From an uncultured Bacteroides sp. (lineage in GTDB: Bacteria > Bacillota > Clostridia > Lachnospirales > Lachnospiraceae): a stretch of DNA of 32,000 nt. How positions within the stretch are numbered: position 1 is the stretch's first letter; each line of letters opens with the position of its first letter. The stretch covers positions 135,287-167,286 of the forward strand of contig CAMECH010000001.1 of assembly GCA_945913015.1 (NCBI GenBank), in the 5' to 3' direction. Under the pieces are notes generated by a model. That model saw only the letters and a program-made list of their open reading frames with translations. It did not search any database and was not told the origin of the DNA. Below are positions 24,520-32,000 of this stretch, one piece after another. A program made the position numbers and the translations under genes.

Positions 24520-26976
24520 TTAGAGTTCTACTTTAACTTTCTCAAGCTTCCAGATATCTCTTACATACTCCTCAATTGTACGGTCAGATGAGAACTTGCC
24601 TGAGCATGCAACATTTAACATCGCTGACTTGGCCCAGCCCTTTTCATCCTTGTACTTTTCTATCATTCTGCGGTGTGCATCCGCATATGAGCGGAAGTCC
24701 TTAAGAATAAAGTATGTGTCTGCCCTTCTGCCGCCTGCATTATACAGAAGTGAATTGTAAATATCCCTGAACAGCTCAGGATTTTCTCTGCAATATTCAC
24801 CATTGATAAGCTGCATAAGCACCTTGCGCACATCCTGGTCATTGTTAAAGATTTCCATTGGGTCATATCCGCCCTCATTCTCATAACGGATAACCTCATC
24901 AGAGCTCAGACCGAATATAACTGCATTGTCCTCGCCAACCTCCTGAACAATCTCAACATTGGCGCCATCCATTGTTCCGAGTGTCAGCGCGCCGTTAAGC
25001 ATGAATTTCATATTACCTGTTCCCGATGCCTCTTTTGAAGCTGTAGAAATCTGCTCGCTTACGTCTGCACCCGCAAATATAATCTCTGCGTTTGAAACAC
25101 GATAATTCTCAATAAATACAACCTTTAACTTTCCGTTGATTGAAGCGTCGTTGTTAATGACATTGGCAACATTGTTAATAAGCTTGATTGTAAGCTTTGC
25201 AATCTTATAACCTGCTGCTGCCTTCGCACCAAATATAAATGTCTGCGCCGGCATATCCATATCCGGATGTTCCTTAAGTTCATTATACAGATACATTACA
25301 TGCAGAATGTTGAGAAGCTGTCTCTTGTACTCATGCAGTCTCTTTACCTGTACATCAAAGATTGAACGAGGGTCTACATCAATACCGTTATTTTCTTTGA
25401 TGTATTTTGCAAGTCTTAACTTGTTCTGATACTTAATCTGCATAAATTCATGCTGGCATTTCTCATCATCAACATAAAACTTAAGCTTTTCAAGATGTGA
25501 GAGGTTGGTAATCCAGTCATCACCAATCTTGTCATTAATCCAGTCAGCAAGAAGCGGATTGCCGTGAAGAAGGAAACGTCTCTGGGTAATTCCGTTAGTC
25601 TTGTTATTGAACTTCTCAGGGAACATTTCGTAGAAATCCTTGAGCTCCTGATTCTTAAGAATCTCTGTGTGCAGCCTTGCAACACCATTTACCGAAAATC
25701 CCGCTACTATAGCAAGATTAGCCATCTTTACCTGACCGTCATAAATTACAGCCATCTTACGGATTTTCTCCTGGTTGCCCGGATATTTAATCTTAATCTG
25801 CTCTACAAAGCGGCGGTTAATCTCCTCCACAATCTGGTATACTCTCGGAAGAAGTCTTGAGAAAAGCTCAATCGGCCATTTTTCAAGAGCCTCTGCCATA
25901 ATTGTATGATTTGTATATGCACAGCAGTGAGTTGTTACCTCCCATGCTTCTTCCCAGTTCAAGCCTTCCTCATCCATGAGGATTCTCATAAGCTCTGCAA
26001 CAGTAACTGTCGGATGTGTATCATTAAGCTGGAATACATACTTATCAGGAAGCTTTCTGATATCATCATGATTTTTCTTAAATTTTGCAATAGCTCTCTG
26101 AAGGCTGGCAGATACAAAGAAGTACTGCTGCTTTAAACGAAGCTCCTTACCTGCATAGTGGTTATCGTTAGGATAAAGCACCTCAACTATATTCTTTGCA
26201 AGGTTCTCCTGCTCAATGGCCTTGTGATAATCTCCCTTATCAAATGATTCAAGGTTAAATGTATTAACCGGTTCAGCATCCCAGATAATCAGTGTATTAA
26301 CGACATTATTGCCATATCCGACAATTGGCATATCATACGGAACCGCAATTACGGAGCGGTAATCCTCCTGAACGAATTTATCCTTGCCATTCTCGTCCTT
26401 ATAGCATCTTACATAACCGCCAAACTTAATCTCATATGAATACTCCGGTCTTTTAAGTTCAAACGGATTGCCGTCCTTAAGCCAGTTATCAGGAACTTCA
26501 ACCTGATATCCGTCCCTGATTTCCTGCTTGAACATTCCGTATTTATATCTGATTCCGCAACCATATGCAGGATATCCAAGCGTTGCAAGAGAATCAAGGA
26601 AACATGAGGCAAGTCTTCCAAGACCTCCGTTGCCAAGAGCTGCATCCGGCTCCTGGTCTTCTATTACATTAATATCAAGCCCCATCTCACTGAGAGCTTC
26701 TTTGATTTCCTTATACATTGTAAGGTTAATCATATTATTGCCGAGCGCGCGTCCCATAAGGAATTCCATTGACATATATACAACTGTCTTGGCATCCTGC
26801 TTCTCATATTCATTCTGGGTTGCGAGCCAGCGGTCCATTACCATATCCTTTACAGAGTAGCTGACCGCCTGAAAAATCTGCTGCTTGTCAGCTTCTTCCA
26901 CTGTTTTTCTATACAGCACCTTCAGGTTATCCGAAACACTTTTCTTAAACTCTTCCTTATCAAAATTTACTGCCAT
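24520..26976 (-). CDS. glgP: Glycogen/maltodextrin phosphorylase
   Basis: The ORF is 818 aa. It has the PLP-lysine block EASGTGNMKFMLNGALTLGTMDGANVE, and the N-terminal region is typical of alpha-glucan phosphorylases. Confidence 0.93.
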   Translation of the reverse strand: MAVNFDKEEFKKSVSDNLKVLYRKTVEEADKQQIFQAVSYSVKDMVMDRWLATQNEYEKQDAKTVVYMSMEFLMGRALGNNMINLTMYKEIKEALSEMGLDINVIEDQEPDAALGNGGLGRLASCFLDSLATLGYPAYGCGIRYKYGMFKQEIRDGYQVEVPDNWLKDGNPFELKRPEYSYEIKFGGYVRCYKDENGKDKFVQEDYRSVIAVPYDMPIVGYGNNVVNTLIIWDAEPVNTFNLESFDKGDYHKAIEQENLAKNIVEVLYPNDNHYAGKELRLKQQYFFVSASLQRAIAKFKKNHDDIRKLPDKYVFQLNDTHPTVTVAELMRILMDEEGLNWEEAWEVTTHCCAYTNHTIMAEALEKWPIELFSRLLPRVYQIVEEINRRFVEQIKIKYPGNQEKIRKMAVIYDGQVKMANLAIVAGFSVNGVARLHTEILKNQELKDFYEMFPEKFNNKTNGITQRRFLLHGNPLLADWINDKIGDDWITNLSHLEKLKFYVDDEKCQHEFMQIKYQNKLRLAKYIKENNGIDVDPRSIFDVQVKRLHEYKRQLLNILHVMYLYNELKEHPDMDMPAQTFIFGAKAAAGYKIAKLTIKLINNVANVINNDASINGKLKVVFIENYRVSNAEIIFAGADVSEQISTASKEASGTGNMKFMLNGALTLGTMDGANVEIVQEVGEDNAVIFGLSSDEVIRYENEGGYDPMEIFNNDQDVRKVLMQLINGEYCRENPELFRDIYNSLLYNAGGRRADTYFILKDFRSYADAHRRMIEKYKDEKGWAKSAMLNVACSGKFSSDRTIEEYVRDIWKLEKVKVEL

Positions 26977-27025
26977 ATTTTTTCACTTCCTCCATTCCGG
27001 AAACAAATCCGTTCCCTGTAAATAT

Positions 27026-30000
27026 TTATGAAAGCTTCTCAACACCTATTTTAACACTTTCACCGTTAATATTCCACTCTTTTGTGAAACCTTTAACAGA
27101 GTCATACTCTGCCCTGTCAGCAAGCACTTCCGACTTAATCAGCTCCTCATTTCTCTTAACAAGTTCGGCTATCTTTTCGTTTCCTTCAAACGAAACCGCA
27201 ATCTTATCCATAACCTCAAAATCAGCTTCCTTACGCATCTGCTGGATTTTACTGATAATCTCACGGACAAAGCCTTCCTCGATAAGCTCAGGAGTAAGCG
27301 TTGTTTCAAGGACTACAGTTACACCTGCATAGCTGTCAGCCACATACCCTTCCGTCTGTGCCATATCAATGAGCAAATCTGCCTTTTCAAGCTCAATATC
27401 AGTTCCGTTTATATTAAGCTTCAGATAGCCTAAAGAATTAAGCTGTTCCATAGCTTCATTGCCATCAATCTCTGCAAGCGCTTTGCGGATATCATTAAGA
27501 ATCTTTCCATACTTTGGTCCGAGCGTCTTAAGCTGTGGCTTAAATGTGTATGATGTAAAATCTCTTACGTCATCCTTAAATTCTACGTTCTTTACGTTCA
27601 GCTCTTCCTTTACAATATCGAGATAGAACTCACCAAGCGTCCACGGTGCCTTGATGAACATATTTCCAATCGGCTGACGGTTCTTGATGTTGGCTGCATT
27701 ACGGCACGCACGTCCGATTACAACAACATTCATTACGTCCTCCATGTCATCCTCAAGCTCTTTGTTAATCCATGCCTCATTGGCAACAGGGAAATCACAA
27801 AGATGTACGCTTTCAGGTGCCGTCTTGTCAATACTTCTCACAAGATTCTGGTAAATGTCTTCTGTCATGAACGGAATCATAGGCGCTGCACATTTAGCAA
27901 GCGTTACAAGTGTTGTATATAGAGTCATGTAAGCATTTATCTTATCCTGCTCCATTCCCTTTGCCCAGAATCTTTCACGGCTTCTTCTTACATACCAGTT
28001 AGAAAGTTCGTCAACGAAATCCTCAAGAGCTCTTGCTGTCTCAGTAATCTTGTACTCTGCAAGATTATTGTCAACTGTTTTGACAAGTGTATTCAGCTTT
28101 GAAAGAATCCATTTATCCATTACAGGAAGCTTGTCATATTCAAGTGCATACTTTGTTGCATCAAATTCATCAATATTTGCATAGAGTACAAAGAACGCAT
28201 ATGTGTTCCAGATTGTACCCATGAATTTACGCTGTCCTTCAGTAACAGCCTTGTCATGGAAACGATTTGGAAGCCACGGTGCGCTGTTCTCATAGAAATA
28301 CCAGCGGATTGCATCTGCTCCGTGCTTTGAGAGCGCATCAAACGGGTCAACTGCATTACCCTTAGACTTGCTCATCTTCTGTCCGTCTGCATCCTGAACA
28401 TGTCCCAGAACGATTACATTTTCATATGGAGCTTTATTAAACAGAAGCGTTGAAATGGCAAGAAGCGAATAAAACCATCCTCTCGTCTGGTCAACTGCCT
28501 CCGAAATAAACTGTGCCGGGAACTGCTGCTCAAAAAGCTCCTTATTTTCAAACGGATAATGATGCTGTGCAAACGGCATTGAACCCGAGTCAAACCAGCA
28601 GTCAATAACCTCAGGTACCCTGTGCATAGGCTTTCCGCACTTCGGACACTTGATTGTAACTTCGTCAATATACGGTCTGTGAAGCTCAATATTGTCAGGG
28701 CAGTTATCTGACATTTCCTTAAGCTCTGCAATGCTTCCTATACTGTGCTGGCATCCGCATTCACACTCCCATACATTAAGCGGTGTACCCCAGTAGCGGT
28801 TACGGCTGATACCCCAGTCCTGAACATTTTCAAGCCATGCTCCAAAACGTCCCTTGCCGATGCTCTCAGGAATCCAGTTAATTGTATTATTATTTCTAAT
28901 AAGGTCATCCTTAACCGCTGTCATCTTGATAAACCATGATTCTCTTGCATAGTAGATAAGCGGTGTGTCACATCTCCAGCAGAATGGGTAATCATGCTCA
29001 AACTTAGGTGCGTCAAAGAGCAGGCCATCCTTTTCGAGGTCTGTAAGCACCATCGGATCGGCCTTCTTAACAAATACTCCCGCATATGGTGTTTCCTTTG
29101 TAAGCTCACCCTTTCCGTCGACAAACTGTACAAACGGCAGGTCATATTTTCTGCCGACCTTGGAGTCGTCCTCACCGAATGCAGGTGCAATATGAACTAT
29201 ACCTGTACCGTCTGTCATCGTTACATAGCTGTCACATGTAACAAAATGTGCTTTCTTATTCTGCTTTGCCGCAGCTTCTCCCGCACATGCGAAAAGCGGT
29301 TCATATTCCTTATATTCCAAATCCTTTCCCTTATATGTCTCAAGGATTTCGTATGCCTTCTCATCAGAATCCTGCTCTGCAAGCTTGCCAAGTACTTTAT
29401 CGAGAAGCGCCTCCGCCATATAATAAGTATATCCGTCAGCAGCCTTTACCTTGCAGTATGTCTCCTCAGGGTTAACGCAAAGTGCAACATTGGAAGGAAG
29501 TGTCCATGGTGTTGTCGTCCACGCAAGGAAATATGCGTCTTCTCCAACGACCTTGAAACGCACGATTGCCGAGCGCTCCTTTACTGTCTTATATCCTTGT
29601 GCAACCTCATGGCTTGAAAGAGGTGTTCCGCAACGAGGGCAGTACGGAACAATTTTATATCCCTTATACAAAAGACCTTTGTTCCAGATTTCCTTAAGCG
29701 CCCACCATTCAGACTCAATAAAGTTATTGTCATATGTTACGTATGGGTCATCCATATCAGCCCAGAAGCCGACGGTATTTGAGAAATCTTCCCACATACC
29801 TTTGTATTTCCATACGCTCTCCTTACAATGCTTGATAAATGGTTCAAGTCCATACTCTTCGATCTGCTCCTTGCCGTCAAGTCCGAGCATCTTCTCAACC
29901 TCAAGCTCGACAGGAAGTCCGTGTGTATCCCATCCTGCCTTTCTTGGAACCATATATCCCTTCATGGTCTTATATCTCGGAATCATATCCTTAATAACAC

Positions 30001-30187
30001 GAGTAAGCACATGACCTATATGCGGCTTGCCGTTAGCTGTCGGAGGTCCGTCATAAAATGTATATGTCTCTCCCTCTTTACGGCTGTCGATACTCTTCTG
30101 GAAAATGTGATTGTCTCTCCAGAACTGCTCTGTTTTCTTCTCTCTCTCCACGAAATTCAAATCGGGTGATACCTTTTCGTAAACCAT
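27026..30187 (-). CDS. ileS: Isoleucine--tRNA ligase, type 2 (long form, about 1050 aa)
   Basis: The ORF is 1053 aa. Motifs are PPTANGKPHIGHVLTR (HIGH), KMSKSKGN (KMSKS) and the CP1 editing region. It is preceded by an Ile T-box leader. Confidence 0.95.
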   Translation of the reverse strand: MVYEKVSPDLNFVEREKKTEQFWRDNHIFQKSIDSRKEGETYTFYDGPPTANGKPHIGHVLTRVIKDMIPRYKTMKGYMVPRKAGWDTHGLPVELEVEKMLGLDGKEQIEEYGLEPFIKHCKESVWKYKGMWEDFSNTVGFWADMDDPYVTYDNNFIESEWWALKEIWNKGLLYKGYKIVPYCPRCGTPLSSHEVAQGYKTVKERSAIVRFKVVGEDAYFLAWTTTPWTLPSNVALCVNPEETYCKVKAADGYTYYMAEALLDKVLGKLAEQDSDEKAYEILETYKGKDLEYKEYEPLFACAGEAAAKQNKKAHFVTCDSYVTMTDGTGIVHIAPAFGEDDSKVGRKYDLPFVQFVDGKGELTKETPYAGVFVKKADPMVLTDLEKDGLLFDAPKFEHDYPFCWRCDTPLIYYARESWFIKMTAVKDDLIRNNNTINWIPESIGKGRFGAWLENVQDWGISRNRYWGTPLNVWECECGCQHSIGSIAELKEMSDNCPDNIELHRPYIDEVTIKCPKCGKPMHRVPEVIDCWFDSGSMPFAQHHYPFENKELFEQQFPAQFISEAVDQTRGWFYSLLAISTLLFNKAPYENVIVLGHVQDADGQKMSKSKGNAVDPFDALSKHGADAIRWYFYENSAPWLPNRFHDKAVTEGQRKFMGTIWNTYAFFVLYANIDEFDATKYALEYDKLPVMDKWILSKLNTLVKTVDNNLAEYKITETARALEDFVDELSNWYVRRSRERFWAKGMEQDKINAYMTLYTTLVTLAKCAAPMIPFMTEDIYQNLVRSIDKTAPESVHLCDFPVANEAWINKELEDDMEDVMNVVVIGRACRNAANIKNRQPIGNMFIKAPWTLGEFYLDIVKEELNVKNVEFKDDVRDFTSYTFKPQLKTLGPKYGKILNDIRKALAEIDGNEAMEQLNSLGYLKLNINGTDIELEKADLLIDMAQTEGYVADSYAGVTVVLETTLTPELIEEGFVREIISKIQQMRKEADFEVMDKIAVSFEGNEKIAELVKRNEELIKSEVLADRAEYDSVKGFTKEWNINGESVKIGVEKLS

Positions 30188-30217
30188 TGTATTTGTTTCC
30201 TTTCTTCAATAAAATAC

Positions 30218-30248
30218 TAAAAAGCCTCCGCCGTAATGGGCGAAGGCT
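30218..30248 (-). terminator. Intrinsic terminator of the ileS leader
   Basis: The minus strand reads AGCCUUCGCC-cauuac-GGCGGAGGCU followed by UUUUU. The stem is 10 bp with one G-U pair. Confidence 0.8.
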
Positions 30249-30470
30249 AAAACTGCATTCTTGAAAATTCCTATTACGACATACCAGCATATGCGTCCCT
30301 GCTAACGGTAGGAGCCCCGTCGGAATCTACTCTTTCGGCTGCAGTACAGCTTTAATTTCGGACCGATGCTTAGAAGTGATATTCGGATAAATTCTACTCG
30401 TACCGGCTCGCAGCTGCCCCGGCTCTCTGAGACTTTTGAAAAAATCCTACTGTCTTCGTCACAGCATTTA
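30218..30470 (-). promoter_or_regulatory. T-box riboswitch leader, Ile-specific (AUC specifier)
   Basis: The minus strand shows AGUA, AGAGAG, GCUGCGAG, GAAU-AUC-A (AUC at 30378..30380), GAGUAG and the F-box CCGUUA. The T-box-like core is AUAUGCUGGUAUGUCG (30277..30292). A strong terminator follows. The core is divergent from consensus. Confidence 0.7.
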
Positions 30471-30475
30471 TGCTA

Positions 30476-30504
30476 ATTTTATAAAAATGTAGAGTGAATG
30501 TCAA
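30476..30504 (-). promoter_or_regulatory. Candidate sigma-A promoter of the ileS leader (TTGACA-17-TAAAAT)
   Basis: TTGACA lies at 30499..30504 and TAAAAT at 30476..30481 on the minus strand. It sits directly after the kdgK stop. Confidence 0.55.
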
Positions 30505-30512
30505 GCATTTAA

Positions 30513-31526
30513 TTATCTTTTGATGTCATGTTCTTCACGCATAATTGCCTCAATCTGCTCACGTGTTGTAATGTTGGTATCACCGTGAATTGAATGCTTC
30601 ATTACTGATGACGCAACTGCGAAATCAACTGTATCCTGACAGCTCATGCCTTCCATCATGGCATATATAAGACCTGATGAAAATGCATCACCGCCTCCGA
30701 CACGGTCAACGATATCAAAATTAATCAGCTTGCTCTCATATGTCTTTCCCTCAGTATAATAGAAAGCTTTGAGAGAATTATTGCTTCCTGAATGTGCATA
30801 GCGCACAGTTCTTGCAATTGCCTTAAGACCGTATTTATTGTCAAGGGCCTTGAAAACCCTGTCCTGATCTTCAAATGAAGGTTGCATTGACAGGCCATCC
30901 TTAACATCTGTCACGCCATCCTCATTATAGCAGTGGATAGGCTCAATACCGATAAGTACATCCACATAAGGCATATAAGTACTTAAGACATCTCTCGCTG
31001 TCTCAAAGCTCCAGAGATTAGCCCTGAAGTTAGGGTCAAAGCTTACCGTAAGTCCCATCTTATGCGCAGACTTAAGTGCCTTGTCTACAAGACGGCGGCA
31101 GTTATATGAAAGTGCAGGAGTGATGCCGCTGATATGAAGCCAGTCATACTCCTTCATAATTTCATCAAAGTCAATATCAGAATAATCATATTCGGCAAAT
31201 GCTGAATGCTCTCTGTCATAAATTACCTGGGAGCGCCTTGCTGCAACGCCTTCCTCAAGATAATAAATACCCATTCTTCCTTCCGACTTGATAATCTGCC
31301 TTGTATGCACATCATTTGCCTTGAGATAGCTGATTGTGGATTTTCCCAAATCTGTATTAGGCAGAACCGTAAACAATGTTGAATCAACGCCGAGACACGC
31401 CAGTGAAACAGCCACGTTAGCTTCTGCCCCTCCGTAGTTTACAATAAGATCATGCGTTGATACTAATTTATCATAGTTAGGCGGCGAAAGTCTCATCATG
31501 ATTTCACCAATAGTAATAAACTTCAT
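30513..31526 (-). CDS. kdgK: 2-dehydro-3-deoxygluconokinase (PfkB family)
   Basis: The track ORF starts at a TTG (31538). ATG 31526 (MKFITIGEIMMRLSPP) follows GGAGGA. Supporting blocks are YGGAEANVAVSLA and the C-terminal GGGDAF anion-hole motif. Confidence 0.8.
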   Translation of the reverse strand: MKFITIGEIMMRLSPPNYDKLVSTHDLIVNYGGAEANVAVSLACLGVDSTLFTVLPNTDLGKSTISYLKANDVHTRQIIKSEGRMGIYYLEEGVAARRSQVIYDREHSAFAEYDYSDIDFDEIMKEYDWLHISGITPALSYNCRRLVDKALKSAHKMGLTVSFDPNFRANLWSFETARDVLSTYMPYVDVLIGIEPIHCYNEDGVTDVKDGLSMQPSFEDQDRVFKALDNKYGLKAIARTVRYAHSGSNNSLKAFYYTEGKTYESKLINFDIVDRVGGGDAFSSGLIYAMMEGMSCQDTVDFAVASSVMKHSIHGDTNITTREQIEAIMREEHDIKR

Positions 31527-31692
31527 GCAATCCTCCAAATAATAATCCTACTACTCCTATTTTTCAATGTTAGCATAGATTTTACCAAAAAACAATCTAT
31601 TCGTGATTTTTTTCAAAAAACATGTTAAATTATTCAATATACATTACAAAGTAAAGAATTTTTCAGCAGACATCTGCAGAATGGAGTTTGAT

Positions 31693-32000
31693 ATGCTACA
31701 GGACATCCAGCCACATGTTTACCACAATGAGTACAAGCCTGCCGCACCTGATGGTGAAGGCATTATTCTTGCATATAAGGAAAGGAAAGTGCTGCTTCGC
31801 AGTGAAGCGGAGGACAGCACAAGGATACTGTATCCGCAGTTTAAGGAACTGGCAGACAAAATTCCCGGCATTTATGAAAACTATACATACCTGTTCACAA
31901 TCGATGAATGCCACTACTACCTGATTCCTGAATTTGATGAGGCCTTACTTCCGGGATATTCATACACTGAAATCTCCCGCCTTCGCACCGCACTTCCAAT
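31693..32000 (+). CDS. NUDIX hydrolase, NAD(+) diphosphatase (NudC)-like; only the N-terminal part is in the window
   Basis: The frame is open from ATG 31693 (GGAG 6 nt upstream; in-frame ATG also at 31681) to the window end. The translation is MLQDIQPHVYHNEYKPAAPDGEGIILAYKERKVLLR.... It resembles, from memory, the N-terminal domain of clostridial NudC-type proteins. The NUDIX box itself would lie beyond the window. Confidence 0.5.
   Translation, partial: MLQDIQPHVYHNEYKPAAPDGEGIILAYKERKVLLRSEAEDSTRILYPQFKELADKIPGIYENYTYLFTIDECHYYLIPEFDEALLPGYSYTEISRLRTALP

Noticed and set aside
31688-31924. Two track ORFs, plus strand 78 aa and minus strand 72 aa, lie in the last 300 nt.
   Set aside because: A different plus frame starting at ATG 31693 has an SD, stays open to the window end and gives a NudC-like N-terminus. 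The listed ORFs are out-of-frame artefacts.
1-32000. I scanned by eye for CRISPR repeats, tRNA or rRNA genes, IS inverted repeats, integrases and defence-system hallmarks (nucleases, helicases, methyltransferases).
   Set aside because: None was seen. Every intergenic gap longer than 100 nt is accounted for by promoters, T-box leaders or the Rpn-like remnant.

Overview
The window looks like a chromosomal segment from a Firmicute, probably Clostridia or Lachnospiraceae. The evidence is two T-box leaders, a type-2 IleS, metG-tatD-rsmA synteny, a spoIID/spoIIQ-like pair, GGAGG-type ribosome binding sites and frequent GTG/TTG starts. Coding density is high and about 80% of genes lie on the minus strand. 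Most of the window is housekeeping: tadA, two tandem pairs of aconitase-family (LeuC/LeuD-type) dehydratase subunits, a GNAT, rsmA, a TatD hydrolase, metG, a DUF885 lipoprotein, glgP, ileS, kdgK and the start of a NudC-like gene. No tRNA or rRNA genes, CRISPR arrays or intact mobile elements were seen. The only mobile-element trace is a short C-terminal remnant resembling an Rpn/PD-(D/E)XK 'putative transposase'. The most interesting part is the left 7.5 kb, a tightly packed minus-strand operon. Its order is a PqqD/RRE-like protein, a 719-aa PelD-like protein, a PelE-like protein, a 776-aa polytopic membrane protein and a DUF2194-like protein that runs off the window. The PelD-like protein has a degenerate Rossmann domain, 4 TM helices, a GAF domain and a dead GGDEF with an intact RxxD I-site. 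I read this operon as a c-di-GMP-gated Pel-like exopolysaccharide module with non-canonical extra components. Secondary items are an 861-aa exported orphan protein, a SpoIID/SpoIIQ-like pair that both appear to have lost catalytic residues, a conserved-looking 344-aa protein with an acidic tandem repeat, and an ileS T-box whose core is atypical. All family assignments come from reading the translations by eye. No database or HMM search was possible.
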